A stretch of 64,000 bases of DNA from Octopus vulgaris (Eukaryota). The stretch is taken from NCBI GenBank assembly GCA_951406725.2, contig OX597818.1, forward strand, positions 24,862,001 to 24,926,000, given 5' to 3'. The position numbers were made by a program, and so were the translations under genes. This document shows, piece by piece, positions 27,681 through 39,099 of the stretch. The number at the start of each line of letters is the position of its first letter. Position 1 is the first letter of the stretch. The notes beneath the pieces were generated by a model. It was not told the DNA's origin and did not search any database. It saw only the letters and a list, made by a program, of their open reading frames with translations.

Positions 27681-27889
27681 CGATCTGTTACATTTTCTAT
27701 GTTCTTTTTCTGTACAGTGTGGGGACTCTGCAAATTAGCCTACAAAGAGTTATGAAGATCATTGTTGAACAACATCAAGCAAGGGAGTAGAGTGAAGAAC
27801 TTATCTACCATGCCCAAACCTTTTGGTAACATGATGCACCTTCCAGGAAACCTTTTAGAGTGAGGGAGAGAGAGAGAGCGTGTGTGTGT

Positions 27890-29060
27890 GTGTATGAGGC
27901 ACATGAAGAATCAGATGTAGTGTTCCAGAGAGAGAAGACTACATTGGTCATGTGATGTGTAGAATCAGTCATTTAAAATGGGTGGAACTTCTGGAAGACA
28001 GGGCCCTAAGAAGACAAGGGACAAAGTAGCAAAGGCTGATCTCAAGAGCAAATTACAAACAAGTCAACTGGCAATTCAGTGTGCTAGAGAAAACTTGATC
28101 ATTATAACCAAAATAAGGACCTAAAACCTTTTGTCAATGCTTGTATATGCTGGGCCCTGCCCTACTCCCTTTCTGCCCCATCAAGCATTTACCGCTGCCT
28201 TAACATCCATCTCTACTCAGCACATATTACATCCCTCCATTCTTTGTGCTACATGTTACTGCCTTCCCAATCCTGAAATCACTTTCATTCCTTATTCTCA
28301 TTATTATCCCTTCTCACACAATTTTCATTGATCACCTCCATTCTGTGCTTCCAGTTATCTATCCTTCTCCTCTGCCATGCTTCATCTTAACACCTGTCAT
28401 ATCTGCTAATATGCCACACTCATAATATCCCCCCTTTACCTCTACATCTCCCTACCCAAAACTTTTAGGTCTTACTTATCATCTCCCACCAACTTCCTGA
28501 TTTATCATTTTTGAGCTACCTCTATTTCTCACACCTTATACCTCATACTGATGTTTCTTGTAAAGCTGCTCAACACACTACATTCTTATAAACTCCGACA
28601 CTCAACCTCCTGATCTACTATCAGTCTCCTCCCTTATGCTCACATCCTTGTTCTTTGAGGGTTTGCTCTGGCACCCCATCTTGTCTTTCTCCTAGCTACT
28701 CCCACCCTAACCTTATATAATGTTGGGTAGACATATATCTTCTCTACAGCAAGACACCTGCACATGTCCCTCTACCACACTTTAACCTCCCAACATCTGC
28801 CATAAAGCCATCATCCTGCCTCTTAACTACTCACCCCACTTTTACTTGAGGGACATTTTCCTTTTCTTGTTTTTTTTCCTGTTTTGTATGTTACTAGTGA
28901 CTTCACTAATGCCAGTGACACAAAAGAATGTTGAGTAGTTGGCATTAAGAAGGACATCCAACTATAGAAGCCATGCCAAAACTGACATTAGAGCTCGATG
29001 CAGCTTGCAGGGTCCTGTCAAACCAACCAACCTAAACCAGCATGGAAAAGAGATGAAGAT
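27890..29060 (+). mobile_element. RTE LINE 3' end with CT-rich 3' UTR
   Basis: ERRLHWSCDV motif, pyrimidine-rich tract, shared tail. Confidence 0.6.
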
Positions 29061-29479
29061 TTTTTTTATATGTATATTGTTATCATAATTTATCATTATC
29101 ATATATTACCTTGCTTGGAAGCAGGTGAGATTTGGCATCAGGAATAGCATCCAGTCATAGAAAATCTGTCTCAACAAATTCCATCAAACCCATGCAAGTA
29201 TAAAATAGTGGATGTTAAATGATGTGAGAATGTGTGTTTATATATATATATACACACACACGCACACACACACATATATATACATACATACATACACACA
29301 CACGGGTTGGATAAAATAATGAAACACTTAGTTAAATTAAAGTTTTCTTATTTAATGCAAAGTCAGCCCACCTTTGGCATCAATCACAGCTGATCAGACA
29401 CCTGATCACCAATCAATCTACTGACTACAAAAGTCAGATAGACTTCATTCTCTTATTCTGACCAGAAAACTTGATAGAC

Positions 29480-31835
29480 AAATGGTTGTGAATGCTAAGT
29501 CTTTCAAAGGTGAAGAATATCCCCATCCCAGCATAAGTTAGAGATTACTAGTTTTTGAATTAGAGCTAGACAGAATCAGAGGCTCAAGACAGTTTGGAGA
29601 AGATTGAGCAGTCAGATGTTTAAAGAAATAACTACTTGAAGCATTTGTTGAGAAGGAAGGAGAGACAGAGACTTGCAGAAAAAAACTTGTTGAAGGCCAC
29701 AGACCAAATATGTGATTGGAGCAAGGCCTCATCTAGACAAACAATGACAAAGTTGGTAGAATAGTGTTGTAAGTAGAGCTATAAAAGAGATATGTCTGAG
29801 CAGAGTGGTAAAAAACAAAAGAGTGATAGCCAGGAAAAATATCATTTAGAAGAAGGGAAGTTAGACATCAAGTATACTTAGTAAGATAAGAGGCAGAAAG
29901 AACTTTTGTACTCTGCAACATGAGGATCTGAGGCATGAAGTGTTTGGAATAGTAAGATTATATTAGAGAGAATCAATATGTTACTTGGCAAAAATGAATA
30001 CTCGCTGAATAATCAATCATATAATACAAGATACCATACCCAATGGCAGGTGTAGCAGCACTGTTGTAAACTGTTACAAAGGCAAAAGAAATGCTCTTAG
30101 GGAGAAGCAACAAAGGCATCAAATTACTGGATCAAGTCATGAAAGTTATAGAAAGTGTTATTGCATTAAGAACAGGATTAACCTAGATGACATGCAATCT
30201 TCCTAGTGAGACAGCTGTAAGAAAAATGCTTAGCTAGAAGTAAGCTACTATACCAAGTATTTGTTGACCAAGAGAAGACTTTTGACAGGATCCTTAGTTC
30301 TGTCATCTGGCAGGCACTAAAGATGCAAGAGGTAGATGAATAACCATTGAAGGTCATACAAGCTATGTATGTACAACGACACAATCAGTAAGGTAAATTA
30401 ATGAACACAACAGTGAATTTAGCATACAGGTAGGGGTCCATCAGGGCTCAGTTCTCTCCTGTTTATTATAGTCCTCCAAGCTATAACAGGAGTTCAAGAC
30501 TGGCTGTCTGTAAGAACACCTATATGCCTATGACCTTGTTCTAATAGCAGAATCTGTGTGAGATTCAAGAAAAATTCCAGAAATGGAAGCAAGGTCTTAA
30601 AGTAAACTTGGACAAAGTTATGATAAATAGAAAAAAAGATAGGACTGTTACATTAGAGAAATGGTTATGCATGGTATGCAGAAGAGCAGCATGTTAAAAG
30701 AATTCTATACATCGTTCCCAGTGTAAAAAGGCTTTTAACAGAATTCCATGCTCTGTAATCTGGTGGTTAGTAAGGAAGCTTAGAGTAGATGAATGGTTTG
30801 TATGAGCTGTCAAGCTATGCACAGCGATACAGTTAGTAAGGTGAGGATAATTAATGTAACAATGAATTCAGTGTAAAGACAGAGATATATCAGGGCTCAG
30901 TCTTCATCCATTTCTGTTCAGAAGAATGAGATTGGCTGCTTGTGGAAATTCCTTTATACTGATGGCCTATTTGTTTTAAAAATTAAATATGCAATAAGAT
31001 TACAAAAGAAATACCAGACATGGGAATGAAACAAAATCGAGAGGCTTCAAAGTGAATTTAGCAAAGATTAAAGTATTATTAACTGGGGAAAATGTTAGAA
31101 CTCTGCTATCCTCAAAGAAATGACCATGCTTGATTTGTAGAAACTAAATAGGTTATAATTTAAAAAGTCATATCTGTTAAAATAAAATGGATGCAGTTGA
31201 GTTGTAGAGGGTTCACAGGCAAGCTAACAGAGAAAGTAAACTTCCTCTGTGGCAGGAAGGTGCAGAGGGATGATAAAAACTAAAAGTATATACAAAATAT
31301 TTTATCTAATGCCAAGGCTGCTCTCTAGTTGGCAATAGCTTCTGTTTCCTAGGGGATTTAATTAGCAGTGGGATATGGGTTTTGAAAACACGGGTGCTAG
31401 AGTAAGAACTGTTTGGAAAAACTTAGATAACTTTTACTTCTGCAGGCAACATGAGTTATAAAGGGCAATGTTGTTTGGTAATGAGATGTGAACCTTGAAT
31501 ACAGGTTTGTAGATACTAAAAAGAAATGAAGGAAGCATGCTCTACCTCATTCACTATTGTACCTGAGCAGTGGAACACAAATGAGAGAAAAACTGAACGA
31601 AAGAGAAATCAGGTGTAGTGTGCAAGAGAGAAAACTGTGTTGGTAGAGGCATGTGATATGTACGAGGGAGGACAGCTGTTCAGTCAAAGTGAATGGAACA
31701 TGTGAAAGAGATAGCCAGCTTGAGGAATACTTGGGACAAAGTAGTCTGACAGATCTAAAGTTTTTGCATCTCACAGAGATGATAAAAGACTACACTGATA
31801 GGTGACATGCTGTGAGGGAGAAGACCTGCTAACCC
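29480..31835 (+). mobile_element. Highly decayed RTE LINE with internal duplication
   Basis: GIKLLDQVMKV, VGVHQGSVL and LYAYDLVL; the RT segment is repeated near 30720-31260. Confidence 0.75.
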
Positions 31836-32404
31836 ATTCATTTTCTGAAAATAGATTTTCTGACCTGTGCCTACCTTCTACATAAGAAAGAAAGCTTGTG
31901 TGATTGCCTGGTAGCAACCAGGTCTCTGCACATGGCTGAATGCTTTTGACTTTCAGTTAATTTGCTATTGTTACTACTCTACAGTGAATCGATGAGAGCA
32001 ATTATTATTAGTATCATTATTTTTGTTGTTGTTATTGTTAATGTTAAACAGCTAAATTAATCCTATTTGTATGGTCTATGATAAATAATGCAAGGGATAA
32101 AGTTTTCAGAAGCAAACTGATGTTAGCATTGACATATGTACAAATATTGACATAAGCACAAATGTAGTGACTATACAGATCAAAACGTAAAAGTTGAAAA
32201 AGTGAGAGCCATTTCAGCCACATATTCAATAGTCATAAGATTTTATGCTATAAACACATTATATTTAATACAAACATACATAGATATATATACATATATA
32301 TATTTCATCATCTTTTAATATGTCTGCTCACCATGCTGACAAGGGTAGGGCAGTTTGACAGCGAACCAGTAAGTTGCAGGGCTGCATCAAGATGTGTGTG
32401 TGTG

Positions 32405-32790
32405 CACACATGGTTGTGTAGTAAGAAGTTTGATTCCCAACCACCTGGTTGTAGGTTCAGTCTCACAGCATGATACCTTGGGCAAGTATCTTCTACTATA
32501 GTTCTGGGCTGACCAAAGCTTTGAATCTGGTAAGCAGAAACTGAAAGAAGCCCATCTTGTGTGTGTGTGTGTTAGTGTTCCTTTGTCTTGACATTGTAAC
32601 AATAGTTGTAAATGAGTGTCACTGTCATACAAGCAGTGTCATTCATTTCCAAGATTCTGCAAGAATATGCCTGGCCATGGAGAAAAAGGTGAGGGTTGAC
32701 AGTAAGAAGGGCATCTGGCCATAGAACATCTACTTCAAATAAACCCTAAACACCCATGAAAGCACAGGAAAGTGAAGATTAAATGATAAT
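32405..32790 (+). mobile_element. SINE (tRNA-like head, RTE-like tail)
   Basis: GGTTCAGTCTCAC..ACCTTGGGCAAGT..GAAACTGAAAGAAGCCC. Confidence 0.7.
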
Positions 32791-33269
32791 GATAATAGAG
32801 GAAGATTAGGTTTAGCAAGGAGCCTTGTTATCATATGCACAACTTCCTATTGGCTACGTATATCTTGTAAGTACTTAGCTAGGGAAAAAGCATTATAAAT
32901 GGCATTGTTGACCCAGAGAAGTTATTTGGCAGGCTTCCCCACACTGTGATCTGGTGAGTACTGAGGAGGCTAGGTATAAATGAATGGCTTGTGAGAGCCA
33001 TATGAGATATGTATAGAGATACCAGTCAACAAGATGAAAATTAGCAATGTACTCAGCAATGAACTTAGGTAGGTGTCCATAAGACTCTACCCTCAACCTT
33101 CTTTATTTAGACCTCCAATCTCAAATCAAGAGTTTAAGACCAGTGGACCATGATAGTGCCTCTAAGCTGATGGCATAGTTCTTATACCAGAAACAGTGAA
33201 GGATTACACACATATTTATATACATTATCATCCTCATATCCACTTCTCCATGCTTGCATTTATTTGTGT

Positions 33270-33434
33270 GTGCTACACTCACGGAGTGGTTGGCGCTAGG
33301 ATAGGGAATCCAGCTGTAGAAACATTGCCAGATAAGACTGGAGCCTGGTGCAGCCTTTTGGCTTCCCAGATCCTCGGTCGAACCGTCCAACCTATGCTAG
33401 CATGGAGAACGGACGTTAAACGATGACGATGATG

Positions 33435-33465
<31 letters not shown>

Positions 33466-33655
33466 GCATATATATATATATATGTAGCACCCACTACACT
33501 CTCGGAGTGGTTGGCGTTAGGAAGGGCATCCAGCTGTAGAAACATTGCCAGATAAGACTGGAGCCTGGTGCAGCCTTTTGGCTTCCCAGATCCCCGGTCG
33601 AACCGTCCAACCCATGCTAGCATGGAGAACGGACGTTAAATGATGATGATGATGT
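33270..33655 (+). repeat. Tandem pair of about 160-bp RTE-tail copies separated by (TA)n
   Basis: Two near-identical direct copies starting near 33273 and 33494. Confidence 0.85.
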
Positions 33656-33659
33656 GTGT

Positions 33660-35730
33660 TCAAATCTAGATCCCACTCATCATCTCTTTCCTATATGTAG
33701 ACCACACATCCTATTCCTCGCAAAGACAAATTTCTCAATCCCACCTCAATCTATCCCAACAATCCAAGCTACACTCTCTATCTTAACTTCACCCTAAAAC
33801 TGGACTCTACTCATCACTTTCATTTGGATATCATCAGTAATGATTTCCAGCTACACCAAATTAAAATTTCCCTGCCTCACTCACTCAAATACAACTGTAC
33901 TGTCTATAGCTTTCCTAAATCTTCAAATCAACAGCTTCTAGACTATATCACCTCATGCATTGAAGATATACATATCTTACTTCACCTCTCTCTGAAGCTG
34001 CTATCTTTGGTGTCTTCAATACTCATAAGTTCTCTTCCAATCATTGCACAATGATGCCACCAGTCAAGAAACCGAGTCTTTTGTAATCCTCAAATCTCAT
34101 TTCCTCCTCTACACACATTTCACATTAACACTCAGATATCCCAAACACCATTGATCTTTCTTTCTTCCAAACCTAATTTACACTAAACTAAAACTGTCTC
34201 CACCAAACAACACTCCCTATGCACTGCACTCTATGGTACTTCAACTGATGTACTTCACTCCTAACCCATTATAAACAGCAAGGCCTACTCATTCTGCACA
34301 CAACAAAAATCCTGTGTCCCAGATGATTGACTCATAGTAGTGCTGAAGTGGTTCAAGGCCTACAACTTACCTACTGCCAGAAACTGGGAGGCATTTACCA
34401 AGGAACACAACAGCCATTATAAGAACCATGGAAGATGACTGTGTATTGCACAGCTTTCAAGTTATCCTGTCCTCCAAAGTGCAGTTGCTTCTGTCAGTTT
34501 TATGCAAAAAGGAATTCCATCAACTTTGTAGAATCCTCTTTACCTCCATTCCACAACAATGGTTCTGTGAGCAGCAATCTTGCAGAGAAAGGCTCCATCT
34601 TTGCAGCCAACTCTATACATGGCAAATCTCCAGTTCTATTGCCTTTCACTTCACCATGTATACATGCATGTCATAAGCAAAAGTATCTTTGGTGACTTCA
34701 CATCAACAAGCCCAGTGATCCTGACAGTGTCCATTCCACTCCAAATCCTAAAGCTAGTTCCTATAGTCATCAAAGTCTTCAACTCTCTTTCTACAAAGAT
34801 CTACTCTAATCTTTGAAAACATGCTAATGAGTCCCATCTTCAAGAAAGACAACCTGTCTGACCCTGCCAGCTATCACCATATTGCATTCACTTCTAATAT
34901 CTCTAAGGTAGTAATGTAATGGCCAACAGCTGTTACAACATGCCCAATATCCTGAACTGTTCTCTCTCTCTCTTTAGTGACCAGCACAGTTTCCATAAAG
35001 CCTAATACTATGGTGACCTACTCTCATGTCATCTACTCAGAAACTCTCACCTTGGAGAAGTTTGGTGAAAGCAATGTCATCATTTTTATATTAGCAATGT
35101 AAATCATCTTCTGAAGCCTTTTGCAAATGGGCTCCACCAGTCTCTTATTTCTTGGTCCATCAGACTACATGTATTGACAAATTTCTTTCTGTCCTTCATT
35201 CTATCAACATTGTATGAACCAAGATTTGTTTTCATCCCGCACTCTTTCCCTTCTACACTACATTTGACTAATTTGCAAAACCCTGCATTATTGAAACAAA
35301 ATCTATATATTCACACCAAATCCCAAATGCCTCAGTAACACTGAAAGCATCCAGCAATGGAAATATATGAAACCTGTTTCTATCAACAAGAAAACAAATG
35401 CTTCTCATATCAACAAATGTCATTGTGGAGTATCCAGTTAGAATTCAGAAAATTGTTAAGTTTCATTAATACTGAAGATCTCACCTCTCAAAAGCATATT
35501 CTTAATAGAGATAAGCATATCCCATAGACTCATCCTTCTGTTTAGGACCAGAAGTTACTTCAACTACCAATAATTATTCACACACTACAAAGCTTAGGAG
35601 ATGCCTACAATGGTGTATTACTCTCACACCTGAAATAGTACTACTGCTGTATATACAGACATCCTTAACTGCATCTATAAAAGGGCTAACTAAGTGGCAT
35701 AAAGTCACTCACAGACATGCTCCAATTGCT
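33660..35730 (+). mobile_element. Ancient Jockey/CR1-group LINE remnant
   Basis: SDPASYHHIAFTSNISKV and SDQHSFHKA..GDL RT motifs near 34855-35020. Confidence 0.6.
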
Positions 35731-35783
35731 GAACCCAAAATTACATGTTTGGGAAGCAAATTTCTTAACCACAGCCATACCTG

Positions 35784-35837
<54 letters not shown>

Positions 35838-35839
<2 letters not shown>

Positions 35840-36478
35840 GGGTGCAGTGAATAAACTGTTGCCTAAATTACGCAAAAATGAAAATAACACTGACATCTCA
35901 TTTTAACAGATATATTTACCAAAATTACAAGAACATATCTCGAAATACTAAAGAGTAAATTTATTCAATAAATTCACCATCGGCTTCCACAATGGCCTCC
36001 AGATGACTTTGGAATCTCCTGCAACTCTTCTGGACAGTCTCCTTGTTTAAGTTGGTGAATGCTGCCATAATCCTTGCCTTCAGTTCATCTTTGGAGCTGC
36101 AAGGAGTTTTGTTGGGCTCTCACTCCACTGTGTCTCACACATAATAATCAAAGGGGTTGCAGTCTGGGGAGTTAGGTGGCCAGATGTTAGGGGTGACATG
36201 GTCGCAGAAATTGTCTGACAGCCATGACTGGGCTCTCCTGCTTGTGTGGCATGGTGCAGAGTCCTGTTGCCAGACATAGGCTCTTCCAACAGCGAATACC
36301 AAATAGTACAGCATGTCGTTTCCAAATTTCTGGCAGCATGAATTGCCTCATGGTGCTGTTTTTCTCACAGATGGTGCCCAGTTGACTCTACCATACTGTG
36401 TAGTTCACAAAGTCAAAAACAATGTGCATGCGTGAAATTAAAAATATAAAATGGCAACAATTTACCCATTGAACCCTG
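35838..36478 (-). mobile_element. Internally deleted Tc1/mariner (DD37D/maT-like) element
   Basis: TIRs CAGGGTGCAGTGAATAAACTGTTGCC / GGCAACAATTTACCCATTGAACCCTG; QQDSAPCH and WPPNSPDCNPFDYYV on the minus strand. Confidence 0.85.
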
Positions 36479-36505
36479 TATATATATATATATACATACA
36501 TACAC

Positions 36506-36694
36506 ACAATTGCAGCGTGGAAGGTGTTTATAAGCCATTTAAAAACACACAAAAACTGCAGCACAAAATTTTGTCAGTGAACAGGTCTCGGTTCCAAAGT
36601 GCCAAAAATATTTTGACAAATTTAAATGTTGAAGTGAATCTAATGGTTTTTGTGTTTTTAAATGGCTTATAAACACCTTCCACACTGCAATTGT
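36506..36694. repeat. Inverted repeat (about 50-bp arms) enclosing a variant hammerhead-like motif
   Basis: ACAATTGCAGCGTGGAAGGTGTTTATAAGCCATTTAAAAACAC at 36506-36556 is mirrored at 36646-36694. Confidence 0.85.
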
Positions 36695-37713
36695 TTTTGA
36701 TTCAGCACATGATCTCAGATCAAGTCACTTACTATGCAAGTACATGTTGGTATGGCTGTGATTAAGAAGTCTGTTTTCCAAGAATGTAATTGTGGGTTCA
36801 GCAATTGGAGCATATCTGCGAGTGACTTTATGCCACTCAGTCGGTCCTAAATGCAGTATTCTGTTGCTGTATTAAATGACAGAACTTTCACAACCTGGAA
36901 CTACTTTGCTTAACATCCATCTTTCATTCTTAACACTGTATCTCTCTACTCACATTTTACACTGATCATCCCACCTTTCTACAATATTAAATTATATCTC
37001 TCTTCCTCCACTGAATCACTTGCTGTTGACTTGTCTCCACACAGTTCATCTCTGACTCTCTCTAGTAAACAACTTTCTTTTGACTTTCTCTCCATTGACA
37101 CTCTTACAAACTATCCACCCACATATCATCACCCTTTTTCTCATCTTTCGCCAGTCTGCTATAACTATTTTGCTGCTCTTCCCCTTTCTGTACTACCAGT
37201 TAGCACCTACACACCCCAACCTTCCCTCCAATTCATATGTATCACCCATCTACCATTCACTCTCCAACCCTACCTAATTTCCAATCATCTACTTTCCCTT
37301 TTCTTCCATCAAGCTCATTTATAACTGACCCCACCCCACTCCAACACCCTCTCCATTCACCATTCAGTATATTTGCATCTCTACTCCATACCTAACCATA
37401 CCTCACTCCATACACTTTTGCACCTTTACCCATCCATCCTTCCTGTTTTTCTGACCCAGGACCTACTCTGATGCCTCATCATCACCTTTATCCCTTCCCA
37501 ACATAATGGAAGCTGGGCATTAAAAGATGATGATGATGTATATATATATGGGTGTGTGTGATTGTGTATAGAAGAATATATTAATAAAAGGAATTCCAAC
37601 CTTGTCTGATTTTCACATTTTATTTACAATCTCATAATGATATATTATAAGATAATATAATATAATTGAATAAAATAAAATAAAATAGTAGAATGTTAAA
37701 TGTTCATTCTGAT

Positions 37714-37758
37714 TGAACTAGTACTTTCATGCATTAAGTTCTGCAATCTTCAGGTTCA
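37714..37758 (-). ncRNA. Minimal type I hammerhead ribozyme motif, inverted copy in GSK-3 sense
   Basis: Exact reverse complement of 38381-38425. Confidence 0.7.
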
Positions 37759-38380
37759 TGTAGCAGTGGTGACAGTCATGCTTCACAATTTTTGACTGTA
37801 GCAAGATGATTGAATCTGTGCCTTAAATACAACTGGGTAGGCTCCAGATTGCTAGGTTTTGCAAACTGTATTCTGACCAATCAGTGTGTAGTATCACTCA
37901 ATTACTTAAGCTGATTGGTTGGTTGAGCTGATTTGTTTAGGCGTCACGCTTTGTTGAACATGTCAAGAGTCCTGTATCTTAACCCTGGGCTAGGCAGCAA
38001 TTGTTGGGCTATTTTTAGAAATGTTGTAAATAGCCTTTGTCAGAGATTTTTATATTTTTATATTTCAATTGTCATCATCATTGTCAGCACCTTAATTATT
38101 GTTGCTAGTGGTGATGGAGGTGGCAATAGAACTTTTAACCCTAAATAAGATAATTTTCCTGCCTCGCCCAGGGTTAAGATACAGGACTCTTGACATGTTC
38201 AACAAAGTGTGACGCCTAAACAAATCAGCTTAAGTAATTGAGTGATACTACACACTGATTGGTCAGAATACAGTTTGCAAAACCTAGCAATCGGGAGCCT
38301 ACCCAGCTGTATTTAAGGTACAGATTCAATCATCTCGCTACAGTCAAAAATTGTGAAGCATGACCGTCACCACTACTACA

Positions 38381-38425
38381 TGAACCTGAAGATTGCAGAA
38401 CTTAATGCATGAAAGTACTAGTTCA
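38381..38425 (+). ncRNA. Minimal type I hammerhead ribozyme motif (Penelope-type)
   Basis: UGAAC-CUGAAGA-UUGCAgaacuuaaUGCAU-GAAA-GUAC-UA-GUUCA: 5-bp stem I, intact core, stem II, palindromic stem III AGUACU, CUA cleavage triplet. Confidence 0.7.
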
Positions 38426-38550
38426 ATCAGAATGAACATTTAACATTCTACTATTTTATTTTATTTTATTCTATTATATTATATTATCTTATAATATATC
38501 ATTATGAGATTGTAAATAAAACGTGAAAACCAGACAAGGTTGGAATTCCT

Positions 38551-38594
<44 letters not shown>

Positions 38595-38619
38595 CATATA
38601 TATATACATATCATTTTCA

Positions 38620-39090
38620 TTTTATGTCATTTACCATGCTGGCAAGGACTGGATGGTAAAGTGGGGAGCTACACCAAGTCCACTGTCTGTTCTGGCATGG
38701 TTTCTATGGCTGCATGCCCTTCCTAATACCAAAGCTTTACAGAGTGTACTATTCTATGTAGCACCAGCACTTTTTATGTGGTACCAGCACCAGTGCTTTT
38801 ATGTGGAACCAACAGGGTGCTTTTTATGTGACACCAGTACCAATATCAATTCTGCTGTAGTGAATGGGTTATCTTACATACAACAAGGCACCAAATATCT
38901 TAATCTTTTGTCATCTCCTTCTTAAGGCCCAGTATCTTGAGACTGGCCTTCAGTACTTCGACCCATGTATTTCTGGGCCTTCCTCTTCCACAAGTTCTAT
39001 CCACTGTAAGTGATTGGCATTTCTGTATGCAACTGCCTAAATTCATACGCATCACATGACAAAACCAATGCAGTCTTCTCTCTTGCACCT
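38620..39090 (-). mobile_element. RTE LINE 3' fragment
   Basis: QERRLHWFCHVMRM...GRGRPRNTW. Confidence 0.8.
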
Positions 39091-39099
39091 AGAGGTAGG

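Larger units (their letters stand above)
35668..36857. repeat. About 110-bp inverted repeat pair (35668-35781 / 36749-36857)
   Basis: AGTGGCATAAAGTCACTC...CTCCAATTGCTGAACCC...CACAGCCATACC recurs as the reverse complement. Confidence 0.85.
37576..38563. mobile_element. Head-to-head inverted pseudo-LTR pair, non-autonomous Penelope-like derivative
   Basis: Arms about 37576-37997 and 38159-38563, highly similar, 161-nt spacer. Each arm reads outward CCAAT-like, TATTTAAG, hammerhead, AATAAA. Confidence 0.65.

Noticed and set aside
33270-33655. Direct repeats with a spacer (CRISPR-like or LTR-like)
   Set aside because: Two copies of a common retroelement tail around a (TA)n microsatellite in eukaryotic DNA.
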